Shown: positions 52,246 through 61,841 of the stretch, in pieces | How positions within the stretch are numbered: position 1 is the stretch's first letter | Layout: the number at the start of each line of letters is the position of its first letter | DNA from: an uncultured Candidatus Actinomarina sp. | Lineage (GTDB): Bacteria > Actinomycetota > Acidimicrobiia > Actinomarinales > Actinomarinaceae | Assembly: GCA_902609285.1 (NCBI GenBank) | Contig: CACLRL010000001.1 | Coordinates: 15,636 to 79,635, forward strand | Length of the DNA stretch: 64,000 bases | Direction: 5' to 3' | Notes under the pieces: generated by a model | The model's database searches: none | Seen by the model: the letters and a program-made list of their open reading frames with translations, nothing else | Told to the model about the DNA's origin: nothing | Translations under genes and position numbers: made by a program

Positions 52246-53010
52246 ATGGTGACACCAAGGTTTGTTTATTCGTTATATGAAACAAGGCTTCAAAATAATT
52301 TAAAAAACGAGACTCTTCCAAAACATATTGGGATCATTCATGACGGACACAGAAGGTATGCAAGAAGAGAAAATTTGTTAAGTTACGAAGTTTCTTACCG
52401 AATTGGAATGGTCCGATTTAAAGAATGTCTGGCTTGGTGTGACGAGTTAGGCATTGACAATATAACAAGCTGGCTTTTATCTAAAGAGAATTTATCCAGA
52501 CCTGAAGAAGAACTTAACTCTTACTACCTCGTTTTAAACGAATTGTTCGAAGAACTTTTAATTGATGATCTTGTTGATAATTTTAAAATTAATTTTGTTG
52601 GCAGCATAGATCTTCTTCCTGATTATTTGCAAAATTCAATTAAAAAACTTAAAGAAGTGAGGGGTGGAGGAGAAAAGTTATTAACTATTGCGCTTGGTTA
52701 TGGAGGAAGGCAAGAAATTGTTGACGCAATGAAAAGCTTACTACAAGAAAATCAAGAATTAGAAATTCAAGATTTAATAAAAAGCATTAACGACGAACAA
52801 ATTAGAGACCATCTTTATTCACCAGATTCACCTGACATTGATCTAATTATTAGAACAAGTGGTGAGTCAAGACTTTCAGGATTTTTATTGTGGCAAAGCG
52901 CTTATTCGGAAGTAGTTTTTCAAGATGTTTATTGGCCAGAGTTCAGAAAGATTGACTTTTTAAGATGCTTAAGAGAGTACGTTCAAAGAGATCGTAGATT
53001 TGGTAAATGA
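52246..53010 (+). CDS. uppS: cis-prenyltransferase (UppS family isoprenyl diphosphate synthase)
   Basis: HIGIIHDGHRRYA (variant of the DGNxRWA block) and RTSGESRLSGFLLWQSAYSE. Confidence 0.8.
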   Translation: MVTPRFVYSLYETRLQNNLKNETLPKHIGIIHDGHRRYARRENLLSYEVSYRIGMVRFKECLAWCDELGIDNITSWLLSKENLSRPEEELNSYYLVLNELFEELLIDDLVDNFKINFVGSIDLLPDYLQNSIKKLKEVRGGGEKLLTIALGYGGRQEIVDAMKSLLQENQELEIQDLIKSINDEQIRDHLYSPDSPDIDLIIRTSGESRLSGFLLWQSAYSEVVFQDVYWPEFRKIDFLRCLREYVQRDRRFGK

Positions 53011-53081
53011 AAATAAATGAATTTGACCCTTTGATTAAAGTTGGCCTATTTTTTCTTTAGAGTATCTGAAAAGCGTTAATA

Positions 53082-54365
53082 TTGACTGATATGGAAATTC
53101 AAGACACTCTAAACACGACTAACTTTACATTTCTATTTCTGATATTTATAGGGTTAAAGTTCACAATAGAAACTTACCTAAAAGTTCGAAATATTAATTC
53201 TTTAAAGGTTAATGCGTCTAAGGTTCCTGAAAGATTTGAAAATCTTGTAACAGCAGAAGAATACAAGAAATCTACAGATTACAATCTTGATCGTCTAAAG
53301 TTTCAAATAATAGTTTCCTTCGTAAGTATTTTTATTCTTCTACTGCTTACGATTGGTGGGCTACTAAATACTCTTACGTCTATTGTTTCAAGCTATACGT
53401 CTTCAAACATTTTAGGTGCTATTTTTTTAGGTCTTTTAATTATTCTAATTTCAGAAATCCTTGAAATACCTTTAGCTATATATTCAACATTCGTAATTGA
53501 AGAGAAGTATGGATTCAATAAAACTACTATAAAAACATTTGTAACGGATATTGTTAAAAACCTACTTATATCTTCAGTGATTTCATGTCTAATTTATGCA
53601 GTTGTAATTGGAATAATTGAAAATTTAGGAAACAATTGGTGGGTTTATGCCTTTAGTGCAGTTTTCTTTATTCAGTTAATAATCTTCTTCCTTTATCCCG
53701 TTTTGATAATGCCTTTATTTAATAAATTTGAACCACTTGACGACGAGGAATATAAAAAGCCAGTTGAAAAACTGCTTGAAAAAATTAATTTTAAAGCAAA
53801 AGGTCTTTTTGTAATGAATGCAAGCCTAAGGAGTTCGCATGGTAATGCATTTTTTACTGGTTTTGGTAAAAATAAAAGGATCGTTTTTTACGATACATTA
53901 CTTGAGACAATTACACCTGATGAAATGGAAGCAATATTAGGACATGAACTAGGTCATTATAAGTTAGGACATATAAGGAAATCACTCATAAGCTCTTTAA
54001 TTTTTGGATTTATAGGTTTTTATATCTTAAGTGAAGTTTTAAAGTCTGACAATTTCTTTACTTCACATGGACTGGATGAGATTACGTTATATTCAAAATT
54101 TTTAATGTTCTATCTTGTGGCAGGGACATATACTTTTTTTACGAGACCAATAACATCTTATTTATCAAGACAAAGAGAGTTTGCCGCCGATGATTTTTCT
54201 TTTAAATTTACAGATGGAAAATATATGGTTTCAGGACTTTTAAAGCTTACAAAAGATAATGCCAGTAATTTAACTCCAGACCCTCTTTATAGTTCTTATT
54301 ATTACTCCCATCCTCCAATTGCTGAACGAATTGCAAGCATTGAGAAGAAACTAACCAACACTTAA
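53082..54365 (+). CDS. M48-family (Ste24/HtpX-like) zinc metalloprotease
   Basis: Multi-TM N-terminal domain, HELGHYKLGH zinc motif and downstream E..AD. The alternative ATG at 53091 is probably the real start. Confidence 0.8.
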   Translation: MTDMEIQDTLNTTNFTFLFLIFIGLKFTIETYLKVRNINSLKVNASKVPERFENLVTAEEYKKSTDYNLDRLKFQIIVSFVSIFILLLLTIGGLLNTLTSIVSSYTSSNILGAIFLGLLIILISEILEIPLAIYSTFVIEEKYGFNKTTIKTFVTDIVKNLLISSVISCLIYAVVIGIIENLGNNWWVYAFSAVFFIQLIIFFLYPVLIMPLFNKFEPLDDEEYKKPVEKLLEKINFKAKGLFVMNASLRSSHGNAFFTGFGKNKRIVFYDTLLETITPDEMEAILGHELGHYKLGHIRKSLISSLIFGFIGFYILSEVLKSDNFFTSHGLDEITLYSKFLMFYLVAGTYTFFTRPITSYLSRQREFAADDFSFKFTDGKYMVSGLLKLTKDNASNLTPDPLYSSYYYSHPPIAERIASIEKKLTNT

Positions 54366-55592
54366 TACAAACAAAGCTTGAAGGGTTAGAGCAACAGTTA
54401 TAAAAAGAAAAATGTATTGTGTTTTGTCACTTTGTTGATGGCCAAAAAGCTTAACAGCTAAGTCGTGAGCTAATACAACACTTAACATATGACCCAGTAA
54501 GGTAACGGCTACTTGTATACCCCAAATGATTATTGGCTCTATGAAGTAATTTATTTCTGGCTCCTGTACATTAAATAGATTTAATCCAGTCCCTATAGGA
54601 TCATTTAACCTATAAATAAAAGTTTGTGTTTCAAAAAGCAAGAGGGTCAAATAATGTGTTATGTGATATGCAAAGGCTATTGGAAGCATTGTGTGTCCAA
54701 AAAGCTTTGAGACTTCATTAAGTTTAAGTTCTGATCCCCCAACTTTTATAGCAAAATAACAAGCAAAACGATAAAAAATAATTGTTCCTAAATTCATTGA
54801 AAGAAACATTATGGTTGAAAACCATATGTTGTTTATTTGTTCACCAAATTGGTTATACCAAAAAGTAGTTTCTCTCAAACCATCATAAGTAACCGTTCCT
54901 ATCATCAGCAGAATGAAATACTCAATTCCATTTAATTTTGCTAAATTTCCTATATTGTTTATTAGTGAACGAAAATATGGTTTGGAATTAAATAATTTAA
55001 GTTTGCTATATAAATAATGTAGAAGGAGCAAGGGGTCCACTTCAATAATTGATTTTTTATAAAAGTATCTTATTAAATTTACACCTACAAAAAGAATTAT
55101 GAAAACTGATGCAATGTTCTGAGGATTACCGGGCTCTCTCCAAACAAGCTCAAACCAAGTAAGTCCAAGAAACAAAAAACATGAAACATAAACTGACTTT
55201 GGTTTATTTGAGGAAATTCTTACAAGATTTAGAGGATTGAATTTTGCGTATACATCACCAAACAATAGTCCAAGAGTGGGCACGCCTATCCACAGAAAAA
55301 CCCACAAAATTAGTGGAGTAACCGAGGTTTTTGACGACTCATTTCCTATGATGCCTGGAGCTATTAGAAAAAATAAAATTGTAGCTCCAAATATTTTTCC
55401 AATAATATTTTGCCTGTCTTCAAAAATTTCTTTCGACGGAACAACAATTGACTCTTTCCAAGAAATTTTTAAATAGACAAATGTAATTACAACAACAAGA
55501 GTCGAAGCATTCAATACCATATCAAAGGGTATAGGAAGATCGCCTACATTTACTACTCCATGATTAATGAACTCAGTAGTTTTAATTTTCAT
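54351..55592 (-). CDS. hypothetical polytopic membrane protein (about 11 TM)
   Basis: 413 aa, strongly hydrophobic, no recognisable motif. Its 3' end overlaps the convergent M48 gene by 15 nt. Confidence 0.5.
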   Translation of the reverse strand: MKIKTTEFINHGVVNVGDLPIPFDMVLNASTLVVVITFVYLKISWKESIVVPSKEIFEDRQNIIGKIFGATILFFLIAPGIIGNESSKTSVTPLILWVFLWIGVPTLGLLFGDVYAKFNPLNLVRISSNKPKSVYVSCFLFLGLTWFELVWREPGNPQNIASVFIILFVGVNLIRYFYKKSIIEVDPLLLLHYLYSKLKLFNSKPYFRSLINNIGNLAKLNGIEYFILLMIGTVTYDGLRETTFWYNQFGEQINNIWFSTIMFLSMNLGTIIFYRFACYFAIKVGGSELKLNEVSKLFGHTMLPIAFAYHITHYLTLLLFETQTFIYRLNDPIGTGLNLFNVQEPEINYFIEPIIIWGIQVAVTLLGHMLSVVLAHDLAVKLFGHQQSDKTQYIFLFITVALTLQALFVLSVG

Positions 55593-55648
55593 TTGCTGTT
55601 TACAATATATATATAGTTTTTTAAAATTGTACTTAACAGGGAAAAATT

Positions 55649-55825
55649 ATGTGTGTTATATGTAACTTAACAAATCAAGGATACGAAACAGCCTATCTAG
55701 CTGTACAAAATGATAGTGCAGACACAGCAATCGTTCCAGTAGTTAACAGAATGTTAGAACTTCATAGTTATCAAGTTGTTGACTCTATGTTGATCCAGGC
55801 TTCATTAATAGGAATTATATTTTAA
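55649..55825 (+). CDS. possible 58-aa protein beginning MCVICN
   Basis: AGGGAAAAATT precedes the ATG. It is below the ORF-track cutoff and convergent with zur. Confidence 0.25.
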   Translation: MCVICNLTNQGYETAYLAVQNDSADTAIVPVVNRMLELHSYQVVDSMLIQASLIGIIF

Positions 55826-55830
55826 AAAAA

Positions 55831-56265
55831 CTATTTACAGTTCACACACAGATCTGTACATTTACCAAACAATTCAAGCCTGTGATCCTCAATTACAAAA
55901 TTAAATTTTCTCTCAATTCTTTTTATTTCTTTTAATAGTTTATTTTCAAACTCTGTAGCCATCTCTACATCTATTATTTCACCACAATCACTACAAAATA
56001 AATGATGATGATGTGGGTGATCTTCCAATATAAGCTCAACCACAGTCTGATTGGCTGGTGTCGAAAATTCATGCAAAATATTTATATCTTTTAAATCGTT
56101 TAATACTCTATACAAAGTTGATTTAGCTACTTTATTTCTAAGTTGTGACAAAAGCTCATCAACAGTAATTGGACTTTTAATTTCAAGTAAAGCTTCTAGT
56201 ACAATAATTCTTGGATTCGTAATAGACACTTTGTGGTCAGCTAAAATTTTTCTTGAATTTACCAT
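55831..56265 (-). CDS. zur: Fur-family metalloregulator, probably Zur
   Basis: wHTH, HHHHLFCSDCG and C-terminal CTDLCVNC. It is divergent from znuACB. The start is taken at the internal Met (MVNSRKIL), because the ORF-track extension to 56355 runs through the operator/promoter. Confidence 0.75.
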   Translation of the reverse strand: MVNSRKILADHKVSITNPRIIVLEALLEIKSPITVDELLSQLRNKVAKSTLYRVLNDLKDINILHEFSTPANQTVVELILEDHPHHHHLFCSDCGEIIDVEMATEFENKLLKEIKRIERKFNFVIEDHRLELFGKCTDLCVNCK

Positions 56266-56323
56266 GATTAGACAATAATAGATCATTTTCAATAAAAAAA
56301 TATAAAATTCAATCAATATAGGC

Positions 56324-56357
56324 TTGACAAAAATAAAAATGAGACTTAATCTCATTT
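56324..56357 (+). promoter_or_regulatory. znuA promoter with overlapping Zur-box palindrome
   Basis: TTGACA (56324..56329), a 17-nt spacer, then TAATCT (56347..56352). A perfect 8-5-8 inverted repeat AAATGAGA-CTTAA-TCTCATTT (56337..56357) covers the -10. Confidence 0.55.
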
Positions 56358-56389
56358 ATTGTATTTCAAAAATTAGATAAGGAAAATAA

Positions 56390-57415
56390 ATGAAAAACAA
56401 ACCTATGTTTAAATATGCAGTATTAGCCCTTTCACTGGTTTTAGTGGCTTGTACAGGAAGTGGCACTGATGAGTCTAGTTGTCGAGAAAGAGAAGATGGA
56501 GATACTTTAAACGTACTAGCTACAACACCTATGATGGGTGAATTCGTTAGCCAGGTAGGTGGAGACAATATTAGTCTTACAGTTTTAATGCCCCCTGAAG
56601 CAAACCCGCATAATTACGATCCATCACCTCAAGACGCTACAACCATAGCTGAAGCAGATCTTATATTTTTCACTGGATTAAAGTATGAACCCGCACCACT
56701 TTTGAAGCTATTAGAAAGTTCAGCATGCAGTCCAGAAGTTTTAGCTGAAGTAGGTGAAAGTGTTTTCCCTGTAGAATTTAAAGAAGGTGGTCATGACGAT
56801 CATGATGAGCATGGTGAAGAAGGTCATGATGATGAAGAAGAAGGTCATGATGATGAAGAAGAAGGTCATGATGAGCATGAAGGACATGGTCATGGTGCAT
56901 ACGACCCTCACTTCTGGTTTGATCCAAACAGAGTTTCTTATGCCGCTGAATACATCGAAGGAAAGTTAATACAATATGATCCAGTAAATGAGGAAAGTTA
57001 TAAATCTTTGACAGATACTTTTACTACTGAACTAAAAGGATTAGTAAATGAAGTTATTGAGTTAATTGGTATGATTCCATCTGGAAACAGAAAACTCATT
57101 ACAACCCATGAATCTCTTGGTTATCTTGAAGCAAAATTTGGTTTAGAAGTTCTTGCAACTATTATTCCAAGTTTAGATTCAACAGATGAGGTTTCTCCTT
57201 CAGATTTAGTCGAAGTGATTGAAGTTATAGAAGAAGAAGGTGTAAAAGTCATGTTTGTTGAATCAGAAACCCCTTCGGTTTACGCAGAAACCCTTGCTCA
57301 AGAAACTGGTATAACGCTTGTAACAGGTTTGTATGTTGAGACATTAAAACCAAATCAATCTTATAGCGAGTTCTTAATAAGCAATGTAGAGTTGATTGTA
57401 AATAACTTGAAATAA
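56390..57415 (+). CDS. znuA: zinc ABC transporter substrate-binding lipoprotein (ZnuA/TroA cluster A-I) with His/Asp/Glu-rich loop
   Basis: Lipobox LVAC and the loop HDDHDEHGEEGHDDEEEGHDDEEEGHDEHEGHGHG. The loop is encoded by a short tandem repeat at about 56795..56885. Confidence 0.85.
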   Translation: MKNKPMFKYAVLALSLVLVACTGSGTDESSCREREDGDTLNVLATTPMMGEFVSQVGGDNISLTVLMPPEANPHNYDPSPQDATTIAEADLIFFTGLKYEPAPLLKLLESSACSPEVLAEVGESVFPVEFKEGGHDDHDEHGEEGHDDEEEGHDDEEEGHDEHEGHGHGAYDPHFWFDPNRVSYAAEYIEGKLIQYDPVNEESYKSLTDTFTTELKGLVNEVIELIGMIPSGNRKLITTHESLGYLEAKFGLEVLATIIPSLDSTDEVSPSDLVEVIEVIEEEGVKVMFVESETPSVYAETLAQETGITLVTGLYVETLKPNQSYSEFLISNVELIVNNLK

Positions 57416-57475
57416 CAAGAAGGATCTTGATTAATTTTAATTTAAGATAATTTCAAGGACTTCTTAGAGGTCTCT

Positions 57476-58255
57476 ATGACAACAAAAGAAAATATTTACG
57501 AATCAGAATCGTTAATTGTCTCAGATGGTTGCTGTGTTCAGTACGGAGAAGCTCTTGCTATAGATGATGTAACTTTCTCAATTACAAAAGGTAAAAAAAT
57601 TGCAGTAGTTGGTCCAAATGGTGGCGGAAAATCCACCTTATTTAAAGCATTGGCCGGATTAATTCCACTGTCCAGCGGTTCATTAAAGATAGATGGTTTG
57701 GATCCACTTAAGGCAAAAGGAATGATTAGCTACATTCCACAAAAAGATTCTTTAAACTGGAATTTTCAACTTTCTGTAAAACAGGTTGTAGAGATGGGAC
57801 TGACAGATAAAAGTACTTTATTAAGTTTTAATCAGAAAAAAAATGTAGAGAAGATAAATGAATCACTTGATCAAGTTGGAATCCTTGATAAAAGTGAAGA
57901 AAATATAAACAACTTATCAGGAGGGCAACAACAGCGAGTTCTGTTAGCCAAAGCTTTGATACAAGATTCTAATATTTTGTTACTTGATGAAGCGTTCAGC
58001 GCTATTGATGTTGGAGCTCAAGAAGACATAATGAAAATAATCAATGGAAGTGATCTTAAAGAAAAAACGATATTAGTTGCTACACACGACATCAATAATC
58101 TAGAAGATAAATTTGATGAAGTTTTATGTTTAAATAGGCATTGTTGTGCTTTTGGAGACCCTTTGGAAGTTCTTACAGAAGAAGTGATAGAAGAAATGTA
58201 CGGCTCACACGAAAATATGTTTCTTGATCATAAACCAGGTAGTCACGGCTCTTAA
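57476..58255 (+). CDS. znuC: zinc ABC transporter ATP-binding protein
   Basis: Walker A GPNGGGKST, signature LSGGQQQRVLLAKAL and Walker B ILLLDEAFS. Confidence 0.85.
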   Translation: MTTKENIYESESLIVSDGCCVQYGEALAIDDVTFSITKGKKIAVVGPNGGGKSTLFKALAGLIPLSSGSLKIDGLDPLKAKGMISYIPQKDSLNWNFQLSVKQVVEMGLTDKSTLLSFNQKKNVEKINESLDQVGILDKSEENINNLSGGQQQRVLLAKALIQDSNILLLDEAFSAIDVGAQEDIMKIINGSDLKEKTILVATHDINNLEDKFDEVLCLNRHCCAFGDPLEVLTEEVIEEMYGSHENMFLDHKPGSHGS

Positions 58256-58256
58256 T

Positions 58257-59081
58257 ATGATATCTGAACTTTTAATAGATCCTTTCCAATATGATTTTAT
58301 GATAAGAGCACTTATCGCAGCAATTTTTTGTGGGGTTACGCTTTCAACACTAGGCACGTTTACAATTAACAGAAATATGGGTTTTATGGCTGATGCTATG
58401 GCTCACGCGACTCTTCCTATAATTGCAGTTGGTGTTTTCTTTGGGTTTAGTATTTCAGAATTAGGAGCACCAGCAGCTATTGTCGTCGCTATATTCCTTG
58501 GCTTTATAGTTAAAAATACAAAAATTGGAGAAGACACTTCAATTGGCATAATCTTTTCAACTTTTTTTGCTTTAGGTTTCATATTGATAAAGCTCCTTAA
58601 TGTAACAATCAACTTGGAAGACTTACTGTTTGGTCAAATCTTAGCTGTGAACAGAACTGATATCTTCATCATCACTGCTTTATTTTTAATAGTGATCGGG
58701 ATCATAATAATTTTCTTTAAACAACTTTTGTTTTATTCATTCGATCCCTTAGGAGCAGAGGTAAAAGGTTTAAATACCAACTTCCTCAATTATCTATTTT
58801 TGATAACCTTATCTTTGGCCGTTGTAAGCGCTCTTCAAACAGTAGGAATAATTTTAGTTTTGAGTATGTTGATAATTCCTGCTGCATCAGCAAAACTAAT
58901 TACGAATACATTCATAGACTCAATTAAAGTCAGCATAGCTTTTGGAATTATCTCATCTGTTGCTGGTTTAGTCATTTCATATCATCTTGATTTACCTACT
59001 GGCCCTTCTATGTCATTAGTGGCTTCAACAGTTTTTCTATTGTCATATATTTCAAGTAAACCAAAAATTAAAAAAAGATAA
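58257..59081 (+). CDS. znuB: zinc ABC transporter permease
   Basis: ABC-3 family 8-9 TM permease. The ATG at 58257 directly follows the znuC stop, whereas the ORF-track start at 58224 would overlap it. Confidence 0.85.
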   Translation: MISELLIDPFQYDFMIRALIAAIFCGVTLSTLGTFTINRNMGFMADAMAHATLPIIAVGVFFGFSISELGAPAAIVVAIFLGFIVKNTKIGEDTSIGIIFSTFFALGFILIKLLNVTINLEDLLFGQILAVNRTDIFIITALFLIVIGIIIIFFKQLLFYSFDPLGAEVKGLNTNFLNYLFLITLSLAVVSALQTVGIILVLSMLIIPAASAKLITNTFIDSIKVSIAFGIISSVAGLVISYHLDLPTGPSMSLVASTVFLLSYISSKPKIKKR

Positions 59082-59087
59082 GTTATT

Positions 59088-59570
59088 TTGGAAGAAAAGA
59101 CATTTTCAATATGGGTGAAGTCTTCTTCTGACGATGTAGTAGATATTAAAAATCAAATTGATTCTTTTGCTAAGGAAGAGAACAAAGTTTCATTTGATCC
59201 CCACGTCACTCTTGTTACAAAAATTAATTCACAAGAAAAAGCAAATGATATTCTAGATCAGATTAAAAAAGAGAAAATTACAGTGACCTTTGATAGAGTC
59301 TGCGAAGGCGTAAGCTACTTTCAAAGACTTTACTTAACAGCATCTGATAATATTCCATTCAACAATTTAGTAATAAATCTTGAAGGTTGGCCAAGTTTAT
59401 GGGTTCCCCACATTTCTCTTTATTATGGGAATGAGTTACCTAAATCTTATAATGCTACAAAATTTGATAATCTCATCCCCACAACTATTACATTCGATAC
59501 TTTAGAGCTTTATAAAACTGGCCCCACAGTATCTGAGTGGAAGGAGATAACCACTCTGTCTTTAGGCTGA
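59088..59570 (+). CDS. 2H phosphoesterase superfamily protein (cyclic phosphodiesterase / LigT-like)
   Basis: Two HxT/S motifs, PHVTLVT and PHISLYY, at the expected spacing. Confidence 0.65.
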   Translation: MEEKTFSIWVKSSSDDVVDIKNQIDSFAKEENKVSFDPHVTLVTKINSQEKANDILDQIKKEKITVTFDRVCEGVSYFQRLYLTASDNIPFNNLVINLEGWPSLWVPHISLYYGNELPKSYNATKFDNLIPTTITFDTLELYKTGPTVSEWKEITTLSLG

Positions 59571-59599
59571 CTACTAAGTAAGAGATATTTCTGAAAAAT

Positions 59600-61837
59600 T
59601 TATACATTTGAAAAGCTTTCATTGGAAAAATCTATCTCTATACTTTTTGAGTTTGCTATAACTGTAAAATTGTTTTCACCAACACCAAGAATTGCTGGGA
59701 TATTATGTTCAGCACATCTAATGGCCATATGAGAGTTTGGTCCTCCATACTTTGTAATCAGCGATTTTATTTTGTAGTTGAAGATCCAATCCCAACCTGG
59801 GTCTGCAGCCGGAATAACGACTATTTTATTGTCAAGATTTTCAGGACGATTAGCTTCATTATCTATTAATAAAACGTCCCCATTTATTGTTCCCTGACCT
59901 ATATAATTTCCATTTTTACTCATTTCTTCGTAAAAATAAAAGTCTTCGTCAGAAGTAATTAAATCAGGCATTAATACATTCTTTAATCTCATATCACTAG
60001 TATTTTCTTCATTAAATTCAATATCAAGTAAATCAAACAATTCTCTATCGCTGGTATTTTTTTCACTTATTTCATTTAAAATTCCATCTATACCTTTGCT
60101 GTAATAAAATTTAGAGTTTTCTCTTGTTGAAATTCCGTCCTGAAACATATCTATCCAAGCAGACGCTTTTAAGGGAATATTGTTTACAATGAAATATTTT
60201 TCAATATTCGTAAATATATCCTTTGGTAAAATATTGTCTTCCAAAGGTTGCTCACTATTGTCAATCAGTGATTCAGTAAAACTTAAATTGTTTTTTAAGT
60301 TTGATGATGAAAGATTATAATTTCCAGCTCTAATATGACCATAAACATCAAAAAAGGCGTTCAATGTTTTTTTTCCAATTTTGACTTCATAAGCATCAGC
60401 TTTCATTTTTGTACTTATGGAATTAACTGATAAAAGCAACAATTTTTTTTGATCTTCTGTAATAACTCCCTTTTCAAGAAAGCTATTAAGTTGAGCAAAG
60501 TATACAAATCCTAATCTCGAATGATGGGTAAAAGGAAGGGCCATAGTATCTCTTATTAGTGTGATATTTTCTTTTTTTAAATACTCAAAACTCTTATCCA
60601 ATTTTGAGAAAGTTCTTAAAATAATTTTTCTATTCTTTTCTAAAGTAGTTTTATTTTGTGAATCAATTTGAATTAAGTCATTGTGCCATTGAATAATTTC
60701 ATTTGGATCAATTATATTTTTATACTCTTGAGAGAATTCTTCAACTGTATCAAAAATATAAGACGACCTAGAAATATCAAACTCTATAGAGTCATGCAAG
60801 TGCGGGTTTTCTTTGAGTTTGTTTAGTTGATAATTAATTATTTCTTCACAGCTTTCTTTTTGTAAATTTCTTGTCAGAAAACTATTAAGACTGTGATTTA
60901 CATTTATATATGCGACGTTATTAAAAAGTTCCATCAATTTTCCACCAGAATATTCGCGATAACCAAACTCTCCACGTTGTATATTCCATGTTGTATCAGT
61001 GAACATGAACTTATATAAACCAAAAGCAATATTGTCAGGTTTTTTACCTATCATTTCAGCTGGATTCATATCTGACATATTGCTGTAAATTTGATTTGAG
61101 CCAAATCGATCTGAAGTTGTTTCGCTTAGCTTGTTATATTTTTCTAAATTTTTATCGATAACTTTTTTTTCATCGTGTATTGATTTTTTATTAAGTTTTT
61201 TGCCCATCAGTGGCCTTACTTGGAGCAGTTGTGGGGAGTTGTTTTTATCAAGAACCATTTCAATATCTAGTTGTTTATTTTTAAATAAGTCTTCAAGTTG
61301 GTTTATTACTTTCAGATAAACGTTATTTTTTTGATATTTATTTGGAAGATAGTCAACAGATCTATGCATAAAGAAATTTTCTATTTCGCTATATTTACCT
61401 GAAGTAACAGCTTCAGTTTCAGAACCAAAATACGTAGAAAATGATCTATATGCTGAGTCAGTTCCTACTTTGTATGAAGTTAATACTGAGACACTTTTAG
61501 CATTATCAACATAATTTTGAAATATTACTGACTGATTATTTTTTTTATCGTAGCTATCAAACACCATATTAAATGATTTCTTAATAGCTACGATATCTTC
61601 TTTATCTACTGGACCCACAGATAGATATTTTCCAGCACTTGAAAAATTCTCTTCATCTTCGTCTGAACTGTCACTTCTTATCATTATTTTTTCAGAAAAA
61701 TAAACAAGAATTTTCTCAATACCTTCCAGGTCTTCTGGATAAATCTTTTTAAAGTATGGAATTTCAATATCTGTATGTTTAGCTACAAATTCTAAATTTT
61801 TAGATTTGTTCCCAAAGGTCAATTGATTTACAGTCAT
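59600..61837 (-). CDS. PEP-utilising-enzyme-family kinase: N-terminal PPDK_N ATP-grasp + unknown central domain + C-terminal swivel phosphohistidine domain (no PEP/pyruvate TIM barrel)
   Basis: FGNKSKNLEF, IMIRSDSSDEDEENFSSAGKYLSV and IFQNYV are PpsA/PPDK N-domain blocks. GGPNSHMAIRCAEHNIPAILGV lies about 55 aa from the C-terminus. The start is taken at ATG 61837, 4 nt after the trpB2 stop. The alternative start at 61867 would overlap trpB2 by 26 nt. Confidence 0.75.
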   Translation of the reverse strand: MTVNQLTFGNKSKNLEFVAKHTDIEIPYFKKIYPEDLEGIEKILVYFSEKIMIRSDSSDEDEENFSSAGKYLSVGPVDKEDIVAIKKSFNMVFDSYDKKNNQSVIFQNYVDNAKSVSVLTSYKVGTDSAYRSFSTYFGSETEAVTSGKYSEIENFFMHRSVDYLPNKYQKNNVYLKVINQLEDLFKNKQLDIEMVLDKNNSPQLLQVRPLMGKKLNKKSIHDEKKVIDKNLEKYNKLSETTSDRFGSNQIYSNMSDMNPAEMIGKKPDNIAFGLYKFMFTDTTWNIQRGEFGYREYSGGKLMELFNNVAYINVNHSLNSFLTRNLQKESCEEIINYQLNKLKENPHLHDSIEFDISRSSYIFDTVEEFSQEYKNIIDPNEIIQWHNDLIQIDSQNKTTLEKNRKIILRTFSKLDKSFEYLKKENITLIRDTMALPFTHHSRLGFVYFAQLNSFLEKGVITEDQKKLLLLSVNSISTKMKADAYEVKIGKKTLNAFFDVYGHIRAGNYNLSSSNLKNNLSFTESLIDNSEQPLEDNILPKDIFTNIEKYFIVNNIPLKASAWIDMFQDGISTRENSKFYYSKGIDGILNEISEKNTSDRELFDLLDIEFNEENTSDMRLKNVLMPDLITSDEDFYFYEEMSKNGNYIGQGTINGDVLLIDNEANRPENLDNKIVVIPAADPGWDWIFNYKIKSLITKYGGPNSHMAIRCAEHNIPAILGVGENNFTVIANSKSIEIDFSNESFSNV

Positions 61838-61841
61838 AAAG

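Noticed and set aside
56356-56568. 70-aa minus-strand ORF, and the N-terminal extension of zur to 56355.
   Set aside because: Both run through the znuA promoter, the Zur operator and the znuA signal peptide. The internal Met at 56265 gives a normal-length Fur-family protein.
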